Shown in pieces: positions 35,590 through 46,384 of a stretch of 47,194 nt of DNA. Under the pieces are notes generated by a model. That model was given only the letters and a program-made list of their open reading frames with translations, had not been told where the DNA came from and ran no database searches. The first letter of the stretch is position 1. Each line of letters starts with the position of its first letter. A program made the position numbers and the translations under genes. The DNA is from a virus (taxonomy: Duplodnaviria > Caudoviricetes). The stretch lies in IMG/VR virus record IMGVR_UViG_3300032212_000694, positions 1 to 47,194 of that record. One strand, 5' to 3'.

Positions 35590-38500
35590 ATGGCTGATTT
35601 ACGTATTAAAGTTAAAGTCGATGGTAACACAGGTGAACTGCTCGTTACTAAGAAGAATGTCAATGCCCTGGGCAAATCACTACAAAAAGCAGAATCATAT
35701 ACAGATAGATTTAATAAACGTGTAGCACTTATGGCGCATAGTGCCGCAGGTGTATATGGTGTAAAGCAAGCATTTGACGCTGTTTATGGTTCAGCAAAAG
35801 CACTAGTAGATACTGCTTCACAATTTGAAAAGTTTGACACAGTTCTTACAACAATTGAGGGCTCATCACAAAAAGCTGAAAAGTCTATGGGGTGGATTAC
35901 CACTTTTGCAAAAGATACTCCTTATGAAGTAGACAAAATTACAGATTCATTTGTTAAGTTAAAATCATATGGAATTGACCCTATTGATGGAACAATTAAC
36001 ACTTTAGGCGATACAGCTTCAGCTATGGGCAAAGATTTAAACCAAGCAGTTGAAGCTATGGCTGATGCAGTCGTTGGAGAGAATGAACGTTTAAAAGAGT
36101 TTGGACTACGAGCAGCACAACAAGGTGACAAAGTTGCATACTCTTGGACTACAGCAAGTGGAAAAGCTAAACATATAATTGTAGATAACAATTCAGAAGT
36201 TATCCAAAGCACTTTAAGTTCAATTTTTAACAGTAAATATGAAGGTGCAATGCAAGCACAGAGTAAAACATTCGCTGGGATGGTCTCAAATATGAGCGAT
36301 AACTGGACTATCTTTAAAAAAGAGCTCATGGATGATGGTGCATTTGACTATGTAAAAGCTCTCGTTAAAACAGTAGGCGATCAATTTAATGCTTTCTATA
36401 AAAACACTCTTGATAATACAGATGTTTTTACACAAGGTCTTATTGGTGCGGTTAATGGAACTATCATCGGTGTTGGAAAACTTGCTAATGCTTTTGAGGG
36501 TATTGCGATTGCAGGTAGTGTTGCTTGGGATGTTTTAGTCGCTGGTTGGCACGCTTTTACTGGAACTATTACAAGTGGTGTTGCTCTGTTAATTGATGGT
36601 TTAAACAAACTCCCTTTCATAGATATTGATAATACATGGTCTAAAGCAGTTGGTTCTCGTGCATGGGATGGTTTTGATGCAAGAATAGAATCTATTAATG
36701 GTGCATTTGATGATTTAACTGATTATGAAGCACTAGCAAGAAATCTAGTAGAAGAGACAAATAAAACATTTATAGAGATTGGTGAGACAATAGCATCACC
36801 AACAAAAAAAGGTAGTGTTAAAAATGCTATGGATGGTACTTTTGGTGGTTTTGCCAAGACTACTAAAACTTCTGCAAAAGAGGTTGAAAGCATCATGGAT
36901 AACCTATCATCTTCTATGAGCGATACTTTTGAGCGTAACTTCTTTGATTCAATTACAGGAAAATTCACAGATTTTAAATCATTTCTAAAAACTACATTCA
37001 GCGACTTAGGAAACGATATATTAAACCCGTTTGCAAAGCAAATAAGTAGCTCATTCTTAGGTAAAAGTGCAGCCTTTGCAACAGTTAGCACAGGTTCACT
37101 TATAGACCAAGGTTTTACTAAAGATTCTAAAACAGGCAATTATATTGGTGGAACTGATAACCAAATTGTCGTAGATAGTGGCGGTCAAGTCATACAAGGT
37201 GTTTCTCAACTAGCTGGAAATAGTGAACTATCAAGTGCTTTAAATTATGCAAGTGGACTTAAAAGCGCGTATGGATTAGCAACTACTGGATTAAGTGCAT
37301 CTGTATATGGTGGCTTTACTTCTGCTTCAAGTGCTCTAATGAGTAGTGGCTTAATCAGTGGTTCAACTGCAGCTGGAATAGATGCTTTTGGATTTGGAAT
37401 GGCTAATCCTTTTACTTCATTCGCTGGTGTTGAGAGTTCTGCTCTTACATATGGTCAAGCACTAGGTGGTGCAGCGCTTGGCGCAATGGGTGGTTACATT
37501 GTAGGTTCACTAGGCGATAAGCTTTTTGGTGTTGATACAAAAGCTTCTTCATATGGTGCAATTGGTGGCGCGATTGGTTCATTAGGCGGTCCAATAGGAA
37601 TTATTATCGGTTCACTACTTGGTTCTGCTATCGGTGGAATGTTTGGAAAAACTAAACAAGTAGGCTCAGGGCTTAACTTACAATCTTCTGCTGGCTTTGG
37701 TGATGTTGCAGACATTCAAGGCTATTCAAGCTTTGAAAAGAACAGCTGGTTCAATGATAAGAGTTGGACTAATGTACATGAATTAAGCTCAAGCGATAAA
37801 GCACAGATTAATTCTATATTTGGAACATTTGAATTTTTACTCGATAGCTTAACTGACAATAAAGATGTAATAGTTCAAGCTGGCATGTATAGCGGTACAC
37901 AATTAATTGATACTGCACTTCCAAAAGCTTTTCTTCAATCAATGACGGGTCTAAGTAACATTCCAGCAACAATTGGCGATAGTGCATTAGATAAGGTCTT
38001 TGACTCTTGGAGTGAATACGCAATAAGTTTTGATAAAACTGTAACAGAGGCATTAACCGAATCTGTAGGCTCATTCATAACTGCTCAAAGTTCTTGGAAA
38101 AGAACAATCGCTCAAATTGATGGTGAGGACATTTTAAGTTTTGATATTGATGTTGCAAAAAAAGGTCTAAAAAATCAAATAGCAATATATAGTTCGTCTT
38201 TAAGAGATGTTGAGGGTCTTCAAAGCGCACTTGAAAATTTAGACTTCAAAGCATTTACAGAGCTTTCAAGTGAATTAATAGACCACAATTACTTCAAACC
38301 TGAAAACCTAGAGATAGTAACAGCACTAGGTAATGAACTTGGAAAACTTGCATCACTTGAAGCGCAACTTGTTGAACAATTAAAAGATGAAGAAAAACAA
38401 CTTGAAGCACAAAAACAAGCTGATGCAGATACATTAAAAACATATGTAACAGCTGTAAACAAAAACTTTGATTCACTACTTGACCCTGATACTCTCTACA

Positions 38501-40122
38501 TTGATGGCAGTAAATGGGTTGAAATTGGTGAGGCTGCATCTTGGGCTTTTAAAGTTGGTGAAGATGGCATTAGAAGTACAGCAAAGACAATTGAAGAGAC
38601 ACTAATTAACAATCCTAAACTTGATGAATCAGGAGATATTCTAAATAGTACAACTACATTTTTAAATGCTGCAATCACTTCACTAAACAACTTCAAAAAT
38701 GCATTAGGCACGCTTAGTAAATCTGTACAGAGTAGTATTGATTCTCTTACATCTAAAACGTTTAAGTACTCAGACATTAAAAATATCTCAGGCAACTTAG
38801 CACACTCAACTAACGACACATTTATAGCAGATGCAACTGGTATGCAAAATGATATTCTAAATTGGTATCAAGGAACTACTGAGCTTAAAGGCATCTATGA
38901 TGGTTTAAGTGTAAACAATAAAAGCTATACAAAAAAAGACCTGGACAATCAATTAGCAGTTGTTAAAAGTGGTAAGGATATTAAAAAAGAGATTAACACA
39001 TTTAACTCTATGCTCTCAAGTTATAAAAGCACATTAGATGAGCAGACAAATATTGTTGCAAATATTGAAAGTGTAACTAATAGCCTGCATGACTCAGTAG
39101 TTAGTATGAGCCTTGATGATTCCATTAGCTATTTAAGCCATCAAGATAGAGCTGGCATTGCACTATCTGAGTATAAAACAGCCTTTGCAGGTCTTCAAGG
39201 TGCCATGAGTTCAGGTAATAGCGATGATACATCTCTATACTTAAGCCGTGTTGTTGAAAACTCAAAAGCGTATTTAACAAATCTAAAAGAGTACTCAGAC
39301 TCATCTAAATATCAATTTGAATTTGCAAGAATCTCCCACCAGCTTAAAGGTGTTAATGGACTTGAAAAAGCACAAAAGACTCAAGAGGAGTTAACAGCTG
39401 AGACTAACCGCTATATGTCAGACATTCAAGAAGCAATACTCTTACATGATCCTGCCATTGCAAAAAGTACAAAAGAGTTAGCGCAAATTGCTAAAGATGA
39501 ACTACTTGCACTTCAAAACCTAATTAATCAAAAAAGCTTTGACCCTACAATTAATGTGTCTCCAGTTATCTATGTAAATGGTGTTCAAACAAGTGCTTCG
39601 GTACAAAGTAATAATGTAACTTCAACACCAAGTAGTTCAACTGCTTATTCAGGACCATCTTATTCAGACTTAGTTGCTGGAAAAACAAGTGATGATTTAA
39701 CACCAGCATTTGCATCACAACTTCGTGTTGCTGCACTTGCTGAAAATAATACAGCTGGTTATGCGATTGTTGAAGAGTGGCTCTCGAATGAGGGTTTTAA
39801 AAGTGGTGGTTATACAGGTTATGGGAACAGTAATACGCTAGCTGGTTCTGTGCATAAAGATGAATATGTCATAAATAGTAGACAACTAAATGACCCAATC
39901 AATCGTGACATATTAGCTCGCCTTGAAGCACAACGTAAAGGGCAAAAGTCAAATTCATTAAATATAGCTCCATCTAAAAAAGAGCAAGATTTACAAGAAC
40001 AAAACGAGCTTTTAAAAGAACAAAATGAAATGTTATACGCTCAACTAACAGCACAAAAAGAGATGTTAGAGATGTTTGAAGATTGGGACGTTAACGGACT
40101 CCCAACTAAGGCGGTTGTCTAA
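35590..40122 (+). CDS. Tail tape measure protein
   Basis: ~1510 aa; FAKDTPY and GENERLKEFG tape-measure domain; Gly/Ala-rich hydrophobic segment; C-terminal GGYTG...AG.VH..EYV motif. Confidence 0.93.
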   Translation: MADLRIKVKVDGNTGELLVTKKNVNALGKSLQKAESYTDRFNKRVALMAHSAAGVYGVKQAFDAVYGSAKALVDTASQFEKFDTVLTTIEGSSQKAEKSMGWITTFAKDTPYEVDKITDSFVKLKSYGIDPIDGTINTLGDTASAMGKDLNQAVEAMADAVVGENERLKEFGLRAAQQGDKVAYSWTTASGKAKHIIVDNNSEVIQSTLSSIFNSKYEGAMQAQSKTFAGMVSNMSDNWTIFKKELMDDGAFDYVKALVKTVGDQFNAFYKNTLDNTDVFTQGLIGAVNGTIIGVGKLANAFEGIAIAGSVAWDVLVAGWHAFTGTITSGVALLIDGLNKLPFIDIDNTWSKAVGSRAWDGFDARIESINGAFDDLTDYEALARNLVEETNKTFIEIGETIASPTKKGSVKNAMDGTFGGFAKTTKTSAKEVESIMDNLSSSMSDTFERNFFDSITGKFTDFKSFLKTTFSDLGNDILNPFAKQISSSFLGKSAAFATVSTGSLIDQGFTKDSKTGNYIGGTDNQIVVDSGGQVIQGVSQLAGNSELSSALNYASGLKSAYGLATTGLSASVYGGFTSASSALMSSGLISGSTAAGIDAFGFGMANPFTSFAGVESSALTYGQALGGAALGAMGGYIVGSLGDKLFGVDTKASSYGAIGGAIGSLGGPIGIIIGSLLGSAIGGMFGKTKQVGSGLNLQSSAGFGDVADIQGYSSFEKNSWFNDKSWTNVHELSSSDKAQINSIFGTFEFLLDSLTDNKDVIVQAGMYSGTQLIDTALPKAFLQSMTGLSNIPATIGDSALDKVFDSWSEYAISFDKTVTEALTESVGSFITAQSSWKRTIAQIDGEDILSFDIDVAKKGLKNQIAIYSSSLRDVEGLQSALENLDFKAFTELSSELIDHNYFKPENLEIVTALGNELGKLASLEAQLVEQLKDEEKQLEAQKQADADTLKTYVTAVNKNFDSLLDPDTLYIDGSKWVEIGEAASWAFKVGEDGIRSTAKTIEETLINNPKLDESGDILNSTTTFLNAAITSLNNFKNALGTLSKSVQSSIDSLTSKTFKYSDIKNISGNLAHSTNDTFIADATGMQNDILNWYQGTTELKGIYDGLSVNNKSYTKKDLDNQLAVVKSGKDIKKEINTFNSMLSSYKSTLDEQTNIVANIESVTNSLHDSVVSMSLDDSISYLSHQDRAGIALSEYKTAFAGLQGAMSSGNSDDTSLYLSRVVENSKAYLTNLKEYSDSSKYQFEFARISHQLKGVNGLEKAQKTQEELTAETNRYMSDIQEAILLHDPAIAKSTKELAQIAKDELLALQNLINQKSFDPTINVSPVIYVNGVQTSASVQSNNVTSTPSSSTAYSGPSYSDLVAGKTSDDLTPAFASQLRVAALAENNTAGYAIVEEWLSNEGFKSGGYTGYGNSNTLAGSVHKDEYVINSRQLNDPINRDILARLEAQRKGQKSNSLNIAPSKKEQDLQEQNELLKEQNEMLYAQLTAQKEMLEMFEDWDVNGLPTKAVV

Positions 40123-41027
40123 TGAATGTATTAAGACCAGTAACTTACACAATTGCAAATATGGTTTGTGCAGCTGAGAGTGCACCTGAATTTACTACAA
40201 CTGCAACCTTTAATACAGGTGCTTCTGCACAAGTTGCAGCTGAAAACTCTGTATATAAATCGTTAATAGATGGAAATACCAATGGAGCTACACCATCATT
40301 AAGTGCAGACTGGATTAAAGATGGTGCCACAAATCCAAGTAGATTAAGTGATGGCTTTTTACATTCGCAAACAATAGGTGATGAGACAATTAACAATGGA
40401 AGTGTGAGCTTTGATGTTATATCAGATTCCATAGATGCTTTTGCGCTTATGAACATTGAAGCTGACACAATAGATATGACATATCTTGCAGATGATGGCG
40501 TAACTGTTATTAAACAGCAAACAGTCAATTTAATATTAAATGCTGATTTAGACATCATAGATTACATCTACAACGAAGAGGATAAACTGAAAAATAGTTA
40601 TTTAGTCTATCTTCAACGTGCTTACACAACAACTGTACGAATTGCACTACATAAAACCATTGGTGTAGCAAAAGTCGGCATATGTTTACCTGGGAAAATT
40701 CTTCAAATTGGGCAATCAAAATGGGGAATAGAAACTCCAAAAAAGAACTACGGCAAACGCGTAGATAATGATTTTGGAATAAGTACATTTGTAATAGGTA
40801 AAAAAGTAAAAACAATGAAAGTAGATTGCCTTATCCCAACAGATGAATTTAGCATTATAGATAGAGAGTTAGATGATCTATTAGACACACCAACTCTATT
40901 CCTAGGAGATGCGAGAGAAAATGGACAAGAATCAACTTGGGTATATGGAACTTTGAAATCAGCAATACCAATTATGGAAAATGAACTAGGCTCAAAAATT
41001 TTAATAAAAATAGATGGATTAATTTAA
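40122..41027 (+). CDS. Tail tip / distal tail protein
   Basis: Coupled to the tape measure stop; beta-rich; synteny. Confidence 0.65.
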   Translation: MNVLRPVTYTIANMVCAAESAPEFTTTATFNTGASAQVAAENSVYKSLIDGNTNGATPSLSADWIKDGATNPSRLSDGFLHSQTIGDETINNGSVSFDVISDSIDAFALMNIEADTIDMTYLADDGVTVIKQQTVNLILNADLDIIDYIYNEEDKLKNSYLVYLQRAYTTTVRIALHKTIGVAKVGICLPGKILQIGQSKWGIETPKKNYGKRVDNDFGISTFVIGKKVKTMKVDCLIPTDEFSIIDRELDDLLDTPTLFLGDARENGQESTWVYGTLKSAIPIMENELGSKILIKIDGLI

Positions 41028-41037
41028 AGGAGAATGA

Positions 41038-44000
41038 ATGCCAATTGATACAGTAACAGAAATAACAGTAGTACCAAGTAAACCAGATGTTAATTTTAGG
41101 GCTACCATAAACACATGGTTTACACAGTTTGCAACTTTTTTAGCACAGTTTAATACTAGTATTGGGCAGATGAACACACTAGAAACAGCTGTGGACAATG
41201 ATGCAACCGCATCAGGTCTAAACGCTCAATCAGCTCAAACAGATGCAGCTTCTGCATTAGCTTCAAAAAATGCAGCAGCACTAAGCGCAACAACTGCAAC
41301 AAACGCAAAAGATTTAGCTGTTGGTGCTAAAGATGAAGCAGTAACAGTTCGTGACCAAGTAGTAGCAAACGCAACACCTGATTGGGTTTATGGAACAGAT
41401 TACGCAAAAAACATTGATGTAATTTCACCAATTAATGGCTTAAAATACCGTTCAAAAATCAGTATGTTAAATAGTACGGTTGATCCAAGTTTATCTGCTG
41501 ATTGGAAACTGATTGATAATAATCTATTTTTTGGAGACTTTCCTGATGAAGCAACACTACTACTAGCAGATACAACTGGCGTTGGTGCTGGATGGCGTGC
41601 AACTGTAAGTGGTGGCATTGGAGTACAAGCAACAGAATATATTTGGGATGTTCAAAATCAAAAATGGGTGCAAGTAGGAATTGAAGTAACTGCGACCCCA
41701 ACATGGCTAATAGAACCAGTAGATGGAGCGGAGCAGAGTAATCAAGGTTATCAGATTAATTTTTCATATCCTGTTGGAACAACAATTGAAGTAAACCATA
41801 CACTTGATGGAAATCCAGTTAACCCAATTGTGGACGTTTCAACAATTACAACTGATGGAAAATTTGGAGTTCAACTTCTTTCAGTTAACGCAAGCAACGG
41901 TAGTCATGGCTTTAGTATTGTAGCAACTGAACCAAATAAACTAGCTTCATTAGCACTTACTAAAACAATTACTGTTTTTGATAAACCTGATGTTGCACCA
42001 AATACTACACTTGTTGATTTTAGCGGTGTGAACATGAGTGCAACTAACCTTCCAAATAACAGAGGTGTTGCGTTCACTTCAAACATTCTTAATGTTGATA
42101 CAACTGCATTAGCTGGCTTTACTGCTGATGGTGTCTTGCCAAAACAGAAGTTTACAACTACAACAGATATTAGAGGGCATGAAAAACTAAGAGTTAAATT
42201 CGGTAATGAGTTTAGTGATGTTGGTGTTAGCTCTATTGTAGATAACGCTGGAATATACACTGTAACACTTGCACAAGCACTAGCTTATGATTTAATAGGC
42301 GGTGAAAAATACAATAATTTAACTCTTACAGATTTAACTGCAAGTGCTGGAACTGAAACAACATTTGTAACAGCTACACCAGTGGCACTGGATGAGTACA
42401 TTACCGTTGTTGATGATTTAGGAAATATTTATAATAAAGTTGTAACTGCTGTTAGCGGAACATATACCGTAACAGTTGCAAGTGTTGGAGTTGGTAGAAC
42501 AATTGCATCTGCATTTAGTAGAGCTGATGCTATGGAGATTACTACAACTGCAACAGGTGGAGTAGCTGGTGCTTATACGTTTGATACCCTATATGAAGTT
42601 TATAAAGGTCAATCAATAGAAACATTAGGTGCTGGTGGCTATGGTAATACTGAGGCTATTAGTGGAGTTAGTTCAGCTATTAATAGCGATACAAGTGCTG
42701 ATACTATTGTTGGTATATTGCCAGCTACCACACTGCATTGGCAATTAAATGATACAGGTACAAGTGGAACTTGGACAGGAACAGAAACATATGCTGTTGG
42801 GCAATTTGGCAATGGTGCTTCTTTAGATGGTGCTAGCTATGTAATAAGTGCAGTTACGCCAACAGCTAGTGCAGATTTTACTCTATCTAGCTGGTTTAAA
42901 CTTACCACAGTAACAGGGACTCAAAGGATTATGGGTTTCAATGATGGTAGTGATATAGCAAATGGTGGTCTTTATGTAAATGCAACAGGAGCAGAATTAA
43001 CAATCGGTGGTGTGTGTGCTCATACAGATACAGGGATATTCACACTTGTAGCAGGGACTATGTACCACATGGTTACTACTTATACTGCTGGGGAAAATGT
43101 AAGAATATATATAAATGACGTACTAGTCTTTACAATAGCTTCGACTACATTTACCACTACCTCTACTGTTAGGGTGGGTCTTGGTGGTAATTACACGCTT
43201 AGTGGCATGATGGCTGGTATAGCAGACCAGCTAAGGTTCTATCAAGGCGTTGTAGCAACGCAAGCACAAGTAACTAGCTTATTTACTGAGACTGGAATAA
43301 CTTACACAGCAACCATAGCAAACAACCCAGCAAACGGTGTTAGACTTGTAGATGAGATTGCTATGACAAGCGAAATAGCACTTGGTGCAAACTATGCCAA
43401 ATATACAAACAGTGTTAGGCTTTTAGCAGATAACATTTTTAGCAGTGCAACAAATGTAAATACTTTAGTATTAACTAAAGAGGTATTCATTGGTGACACT
43501 TTATCTGTTTGGAACACTGTAACGAGTGTTTATGATGAAGTTGCAGCAAGTGCTGTAAGTATTAACAATCTTCAAAACACTACACTACTAGGTGGTACTG
43601 ATATATCAATCACTCCTTTAACTTCAACTAAAAATGCTACTGCTGGATGGGCTAATAGCTCATCATACTCAGAACAATTTGTTGGTAGAGGACTTATATA
43701 TTGGCAAGTAACTGTACAACAATCAACTACTGCTATTGGTATATCAACAGACAAAACAGAACAAACAAACTATTTAGGCTCAACTGCTAATGGGTGGGCT
43801 TATCATGCAGATGGGTGGGCTTACACTAATGGTGTAGGTACAAACCTAGCGGTTACTTACATCGCTGGAGATGTTATTGGTGTTTTATACGATACTGCAA
43901 CTGGTAACTTATCATTTTATAAGGGAGGTGTCTTGGTTGCTGGTGGGAATACTTATACTCTTGGTGCTAATATAGATGTATATACTGCATCATCAATAAG

Positions 44001-44361
44001 TCCAGCAGGTGGAACTTGTGTTTATGATTTTGCAGTTGCTAGTAAGCCAGTAGGGGCTACTTCAGCTATAAACCCAATGTTGTATTCTACATATACTGTA
44101 ACAGTACCAACAATTGACGTATCAACAACAGACGTTCGTATATTTAAAGTACCAACAGTTAAAACAAAATTCGGTGTTAATGCTTGGATAGCAAACAGTG
44201 TTGACACCATTACTAGCGCAGATGCTACAGCGGTTACAGTTACTTATGCAAAAGTAGCAGATGACATTGTGGCAGATATTGACGGTGAGCAGACTATACA
44301 AGCTCTTATTGAAAACCCTGGAAACGTACAAGCGTTTAATTCAGCATTGGAGGCGGTGTAA
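41038..44361 (+). CDS. Tail fibre / receptor-binding protein with LamG (concanavalin A-like) and SPRY-like domains
   Basis: Ala-rich shaft; FTLSSWFK...YHMV.TY...IYIND...DQLRFY (LamG); YWQV...IGI...GWAY...GDVIGVLYD...LSFYK (SPRY). Confidence 0.8.
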   Translation: MPIDTVTEITVVPSKPDVNFRATINTWFTQFATFLAQFNTSIGQMNTLETAVDNDATASGLNAQSAQTDAASALASKNAAALSATTATNAKDLAVGAKDEAVTVRDQVVANATPDWVYGTDYAKNIDVISPINGLKYRSKISMLNSTVDPSLSADWKLIDNNLFFGDFPDEATLLLADTTGVGAGWRATVSGGIGVQATEYIWDVQNQKWVQVGIEVTATPTWLIEPVDGAEQSNQGYQINFSYPVGTTIEVNHTLDGNPVNPIVDVSTITTDGKFGVQLLSVNASNGSHGFSIVATEPNKLASLALTKTITVFDKPDVAPNTTLVDFSGVNMSATNLPNNRGVAFTSNILNVDTTALAGFTADGVLPKQKFTTTTDIRGHEKLRVKFGNEFSDVGVSSIVDNAGIYTVTLAQALAYDLIGGEKYNNLTLTDLTASAGTETTFVTATPVALDEYITVVDDLGNIYNKVVTAVSGTYTVTVASVGVGRTIASAFSRADAMEITTTATGGVAGAYTFDTLYEVYKGQSIETLGAGGYGNTEAISGVSSAINSDTSADTIVGILPATTLHWQLNDTGTSGTWTGTETYAVGQFGNGASLDGASYVISAVTPTASADFTLSSWFKLTTVTGTQRIMGFNDGSDIANGGLYVNATGAELTIGGVCAHTDTGIFTLVAGTMYHMVTTYTAGENVRIYINDVLVFTIASTTFTTTSTVRVGLGGNYTLSGMMAGIADQLRFYQGVVATQAQVTSLFTETGITYTATIANNPANGVRLVDEIAMTSEIALGANYAKYTNSVRLLADNIFSSATNVNTLVLTKEVFIGDTLSVWNTVTSVYDEVAASAVSINNLQNTTLLGGTDISITPLTSTKNATAGWANSSSYSEQFVGRGLIYWQVTVQQSTTAIGISTDKTEQTNYLGSTANGWAYHADGWAYTNGVGTNLAVTYIAGDVIGVLYDTATGNLSFYKGGVLVAGGNTYTLGANIDVYTASSISPAGGTCVYDFAVASKPVGATSAINPMLYSTYTVTVPTIDVSTTDVRIFKVPTVKTKFGVNAWIANSVDTITSADATAVTVTYAKVADDIVADIDGEQTIQALIENPGNVQAFNSALEAV

Positions 44362-44362
44362 T

Positions 44363-44746
44363 ATGGAATTAGAAGAGGAAAGAACAACTGGTAATCCTTT
44401 AATTAGTGGTAGTACAAAAACTGTAGCGGTAGAGAAATTATCTACCAGAATAGGTAAGTCAGCTCAAAAAAGACTTAAAACTGAAAAGTTAACAATCAAA
44501 ACAGCATCTGGAAAAGTGTTTGATGCCAACAAAGATGCAATTGCAATGATGGGTGAGACTGTTGATTGCGCGATTGCTAAAACGCTTCTTGCTGGTGGTA
44601 ATGTTCCAGCACTACTTAATACTCCATTACCTTTTCAATGGATCGATGGAAGTGCTGAAAATCTATTGATGGATGTTACATATGGGGAACTTCAAGAGGC
44701 TAGAGAAATAGCAGATGCAACTTTTTCAGCAGAGTGGGTGATATAG
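44363..44746 (+). CDS. Putative tail fibre assembly protein (DUF4376-like)
   Basis: GKVFDAN...W...VT..EL.EA pattern; follows the fibre gene; GGAGG RBS before ATG 44363. Confidence 0.55.
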   Translation: MELEEERTTGNPLISGSTKTVAVEKLSTRIGKSAQKRLKTEKLTIKTASGKVFDANKDAIAMMGETVDCAIAKTLLAGGNVPALLNTPLPFQWIDGSAENLLMDVTYGELQEAREIADATFSAEWVI

Positions 44747-45142
44747 ATGAAAAGCTATTTTTTACAAACTAGACTAGAAACAAGCGTTGGTATTGATGGC
44801 AAGATTAGAACATTACTAACACCTCTCTCTTATTATAGTGTGTTGCTAGATGAAGTCATAACCGTACCAATTGGGTTTGAAACTGATTTTGGTTCAATCC
44901 CTCAAATGTTTCAAAACATTTTGCCAAAAGATGGAACGTCACTCTTTGCGTATATCATTCATGATTTGCTATATCAAATTACATATAGAAACGACAGATT
45001 ATTGTGTGACAGCGTACTAAAAGAAGCACAAGAGTGTTTAGGTGAGAGCTTTTATGCACGTAATACCGTTAAATTAGGTCTGCGTATTGGTGGTGCTAAA
45101 GCTTGGAACGAACATAAAAATAAAGGATTAAGAAATGCGTAA
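44747..45142 (+). CDS. DUF1353-family phage protein
   Basis: VPIGFETDFGSIP...IIHDLLY...D..L.EA...RIGG. Confidence 0.85.
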   Translation: MKSYFLQTRLETSVGIDGKIRTLLTPLSYYSVLLDEVITVPIGFETDFGSIPQMFQNILPKDGTSLFAYIIHDLLYQITYRNDRLLCDSVLKEAQECLGESFYARNTVKLGLRIGGAKAWNEHKNKGLRNA

Positions 45143-45338
45143 AATATTATTGAGTTTAGCTTTGGTGTTTTTGTTCAGTGGGTGCGTATTTACAAGTAGC
45201 AAAAGTTTTACAACTTCAAGCCTTGGCACACCGCAAGTTAATAGCACAATCTTTTTTTCTTCAGGTAATGGAGATATGAGTGCGAGAATGAGTGCAAGAG
45301 ATATGAACGTATCTTTTTTAGGTTTTGAAGAAAAATAA
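45135..45338 (+). CDS. Small lipoprotein in the lysis region (possible spanin)
   Basis: Lipobox FSGC. Confidence 0.6.
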   Translation: MRKILLSLALVFLFSGCVFTSSKSFTTSSLGTPQVNSTIFFSSGNGDMSARMSARDMNVSFLGFEEK

Positions 45339-45799
45339 TGTTTGAAGAATACTCAATGGCAATTAAAGTAGTAGTTTTTAATCTATTATATATTCCACTT
45401 GTTAATCTTCTTTTATGGCTGGATCTATCTGCTGTTCAGTTGGTTATATTAGCGATACTACTAGCTTTTGATTTCATTACAGGAGTGTTCAAAGTAATAG
45501 TGATAAAAGGCAGTCTTAGAAGTTGCAGAGCAATGGCTGGTATCTTGACAAAAATATCTGTAATGATAATGGTTTTTGCATTGGCGTTGATGGCAAAGGG
45601 TTTAAATATGAATTTTGAAATCTATATCTCTACTTTTATATCTTTACTTATTTTGTCAGAGACTTATTCAATAGTTGGAAATGTCTACTCTATTAAGACA
45701 AAAGAAGAAGTAGCAGAGTTCGATGCAGTAGCAATGACAATTAAAAAAGTTAGGGTGACAATAGAAAAGCTTTTGATGATAACAAGGAATGAAATATGA
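45338..45799 (+). CDS. Holin
   Basis: DFITGV.K...S...G...K...E.YSI.GN pattern; several TM helices; overlaps the lysozyme start. Confidence 0.8.
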   Translation: MFEEYSMAIKVVVFNLLYIPLVNLLLWLDLSAVQLVILAILLAFDFITGVFKVIVIKGSLRSCRAMAGILTKISVMIMVFALALMAKGLNMNFEIYISTFISLLILSETYSIVGNVYSIKTKEEVAEFDAVAMTIKKVRVTIEKLLMITRNEI

Positions 45800-46248
45800 A
45801 TTTAATTGACTCAATCATAGCTAATGAGGGTTTTAAAGCTAAACCGTACATTGACCCTTTAGCTCATGAAAACATACCAGCTGATGCATATGCAATTATT
45901 AAAAAATATTGGAAAGAACTTGTGCCAACTTTTGGCCATGGTCACACGTACATTAGTCAAAAAGGCAGTAAGGCACTTATAGCTTTTAAAATTGAGCGTA
46001 TTGAAAAAGTTTTAAGTAAAAAAATAGACTTTTTTATAACTGCCCCAGTAGAGGTTCAAGATGTTTTATGTGAAATGGCTTATCAAATGGGAGTTTATGG
46101 ACTTTTGAAGTTTCATAATACTTTACATCATTTAGAAAAAGAATATTATGAAATGGCATCTGTTGAAATGTTAGATAGTCATTGGGCGAGGCAGACACCT
46201 AGTAGAGCCAACAAGCTTTCAAAACGAATACTAGCTTTGGCTGAATAG
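45796..46248 (+). CDS. Endolysin, T4-lysozyme-like (GH24)
   Basis: NEGF...Y.D, TFGHG, MAYQMGV.GL.KF, EMLDSHWARQTPSRA. Confidence 0.9.
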   Translation: MNLIDSIIANEGFKAKPYIDPLAHENIPADAYAIIKKYWKELVPTFGHGHTYISQKGSKALIAFKIERIEKVLSKKIDFFITAPVEVQDVLCEMAYQMGVYGLLKFHNTLHHLEKEYYEMASVEMLDSHWARQTPSRANKLSKRILALAE

Positions 46249-46384
46249 TAGGGGGATGTATGTCATAAAATTGACCCAATCCGCAAAAGATAAGATCAAT
46301 TTAGGTGCGACAGATATTAGTGGTATCCATCGCGGCGTAATAATACCATAACAGTAAAAATGGTAATAAAACGTAGGAATACCC

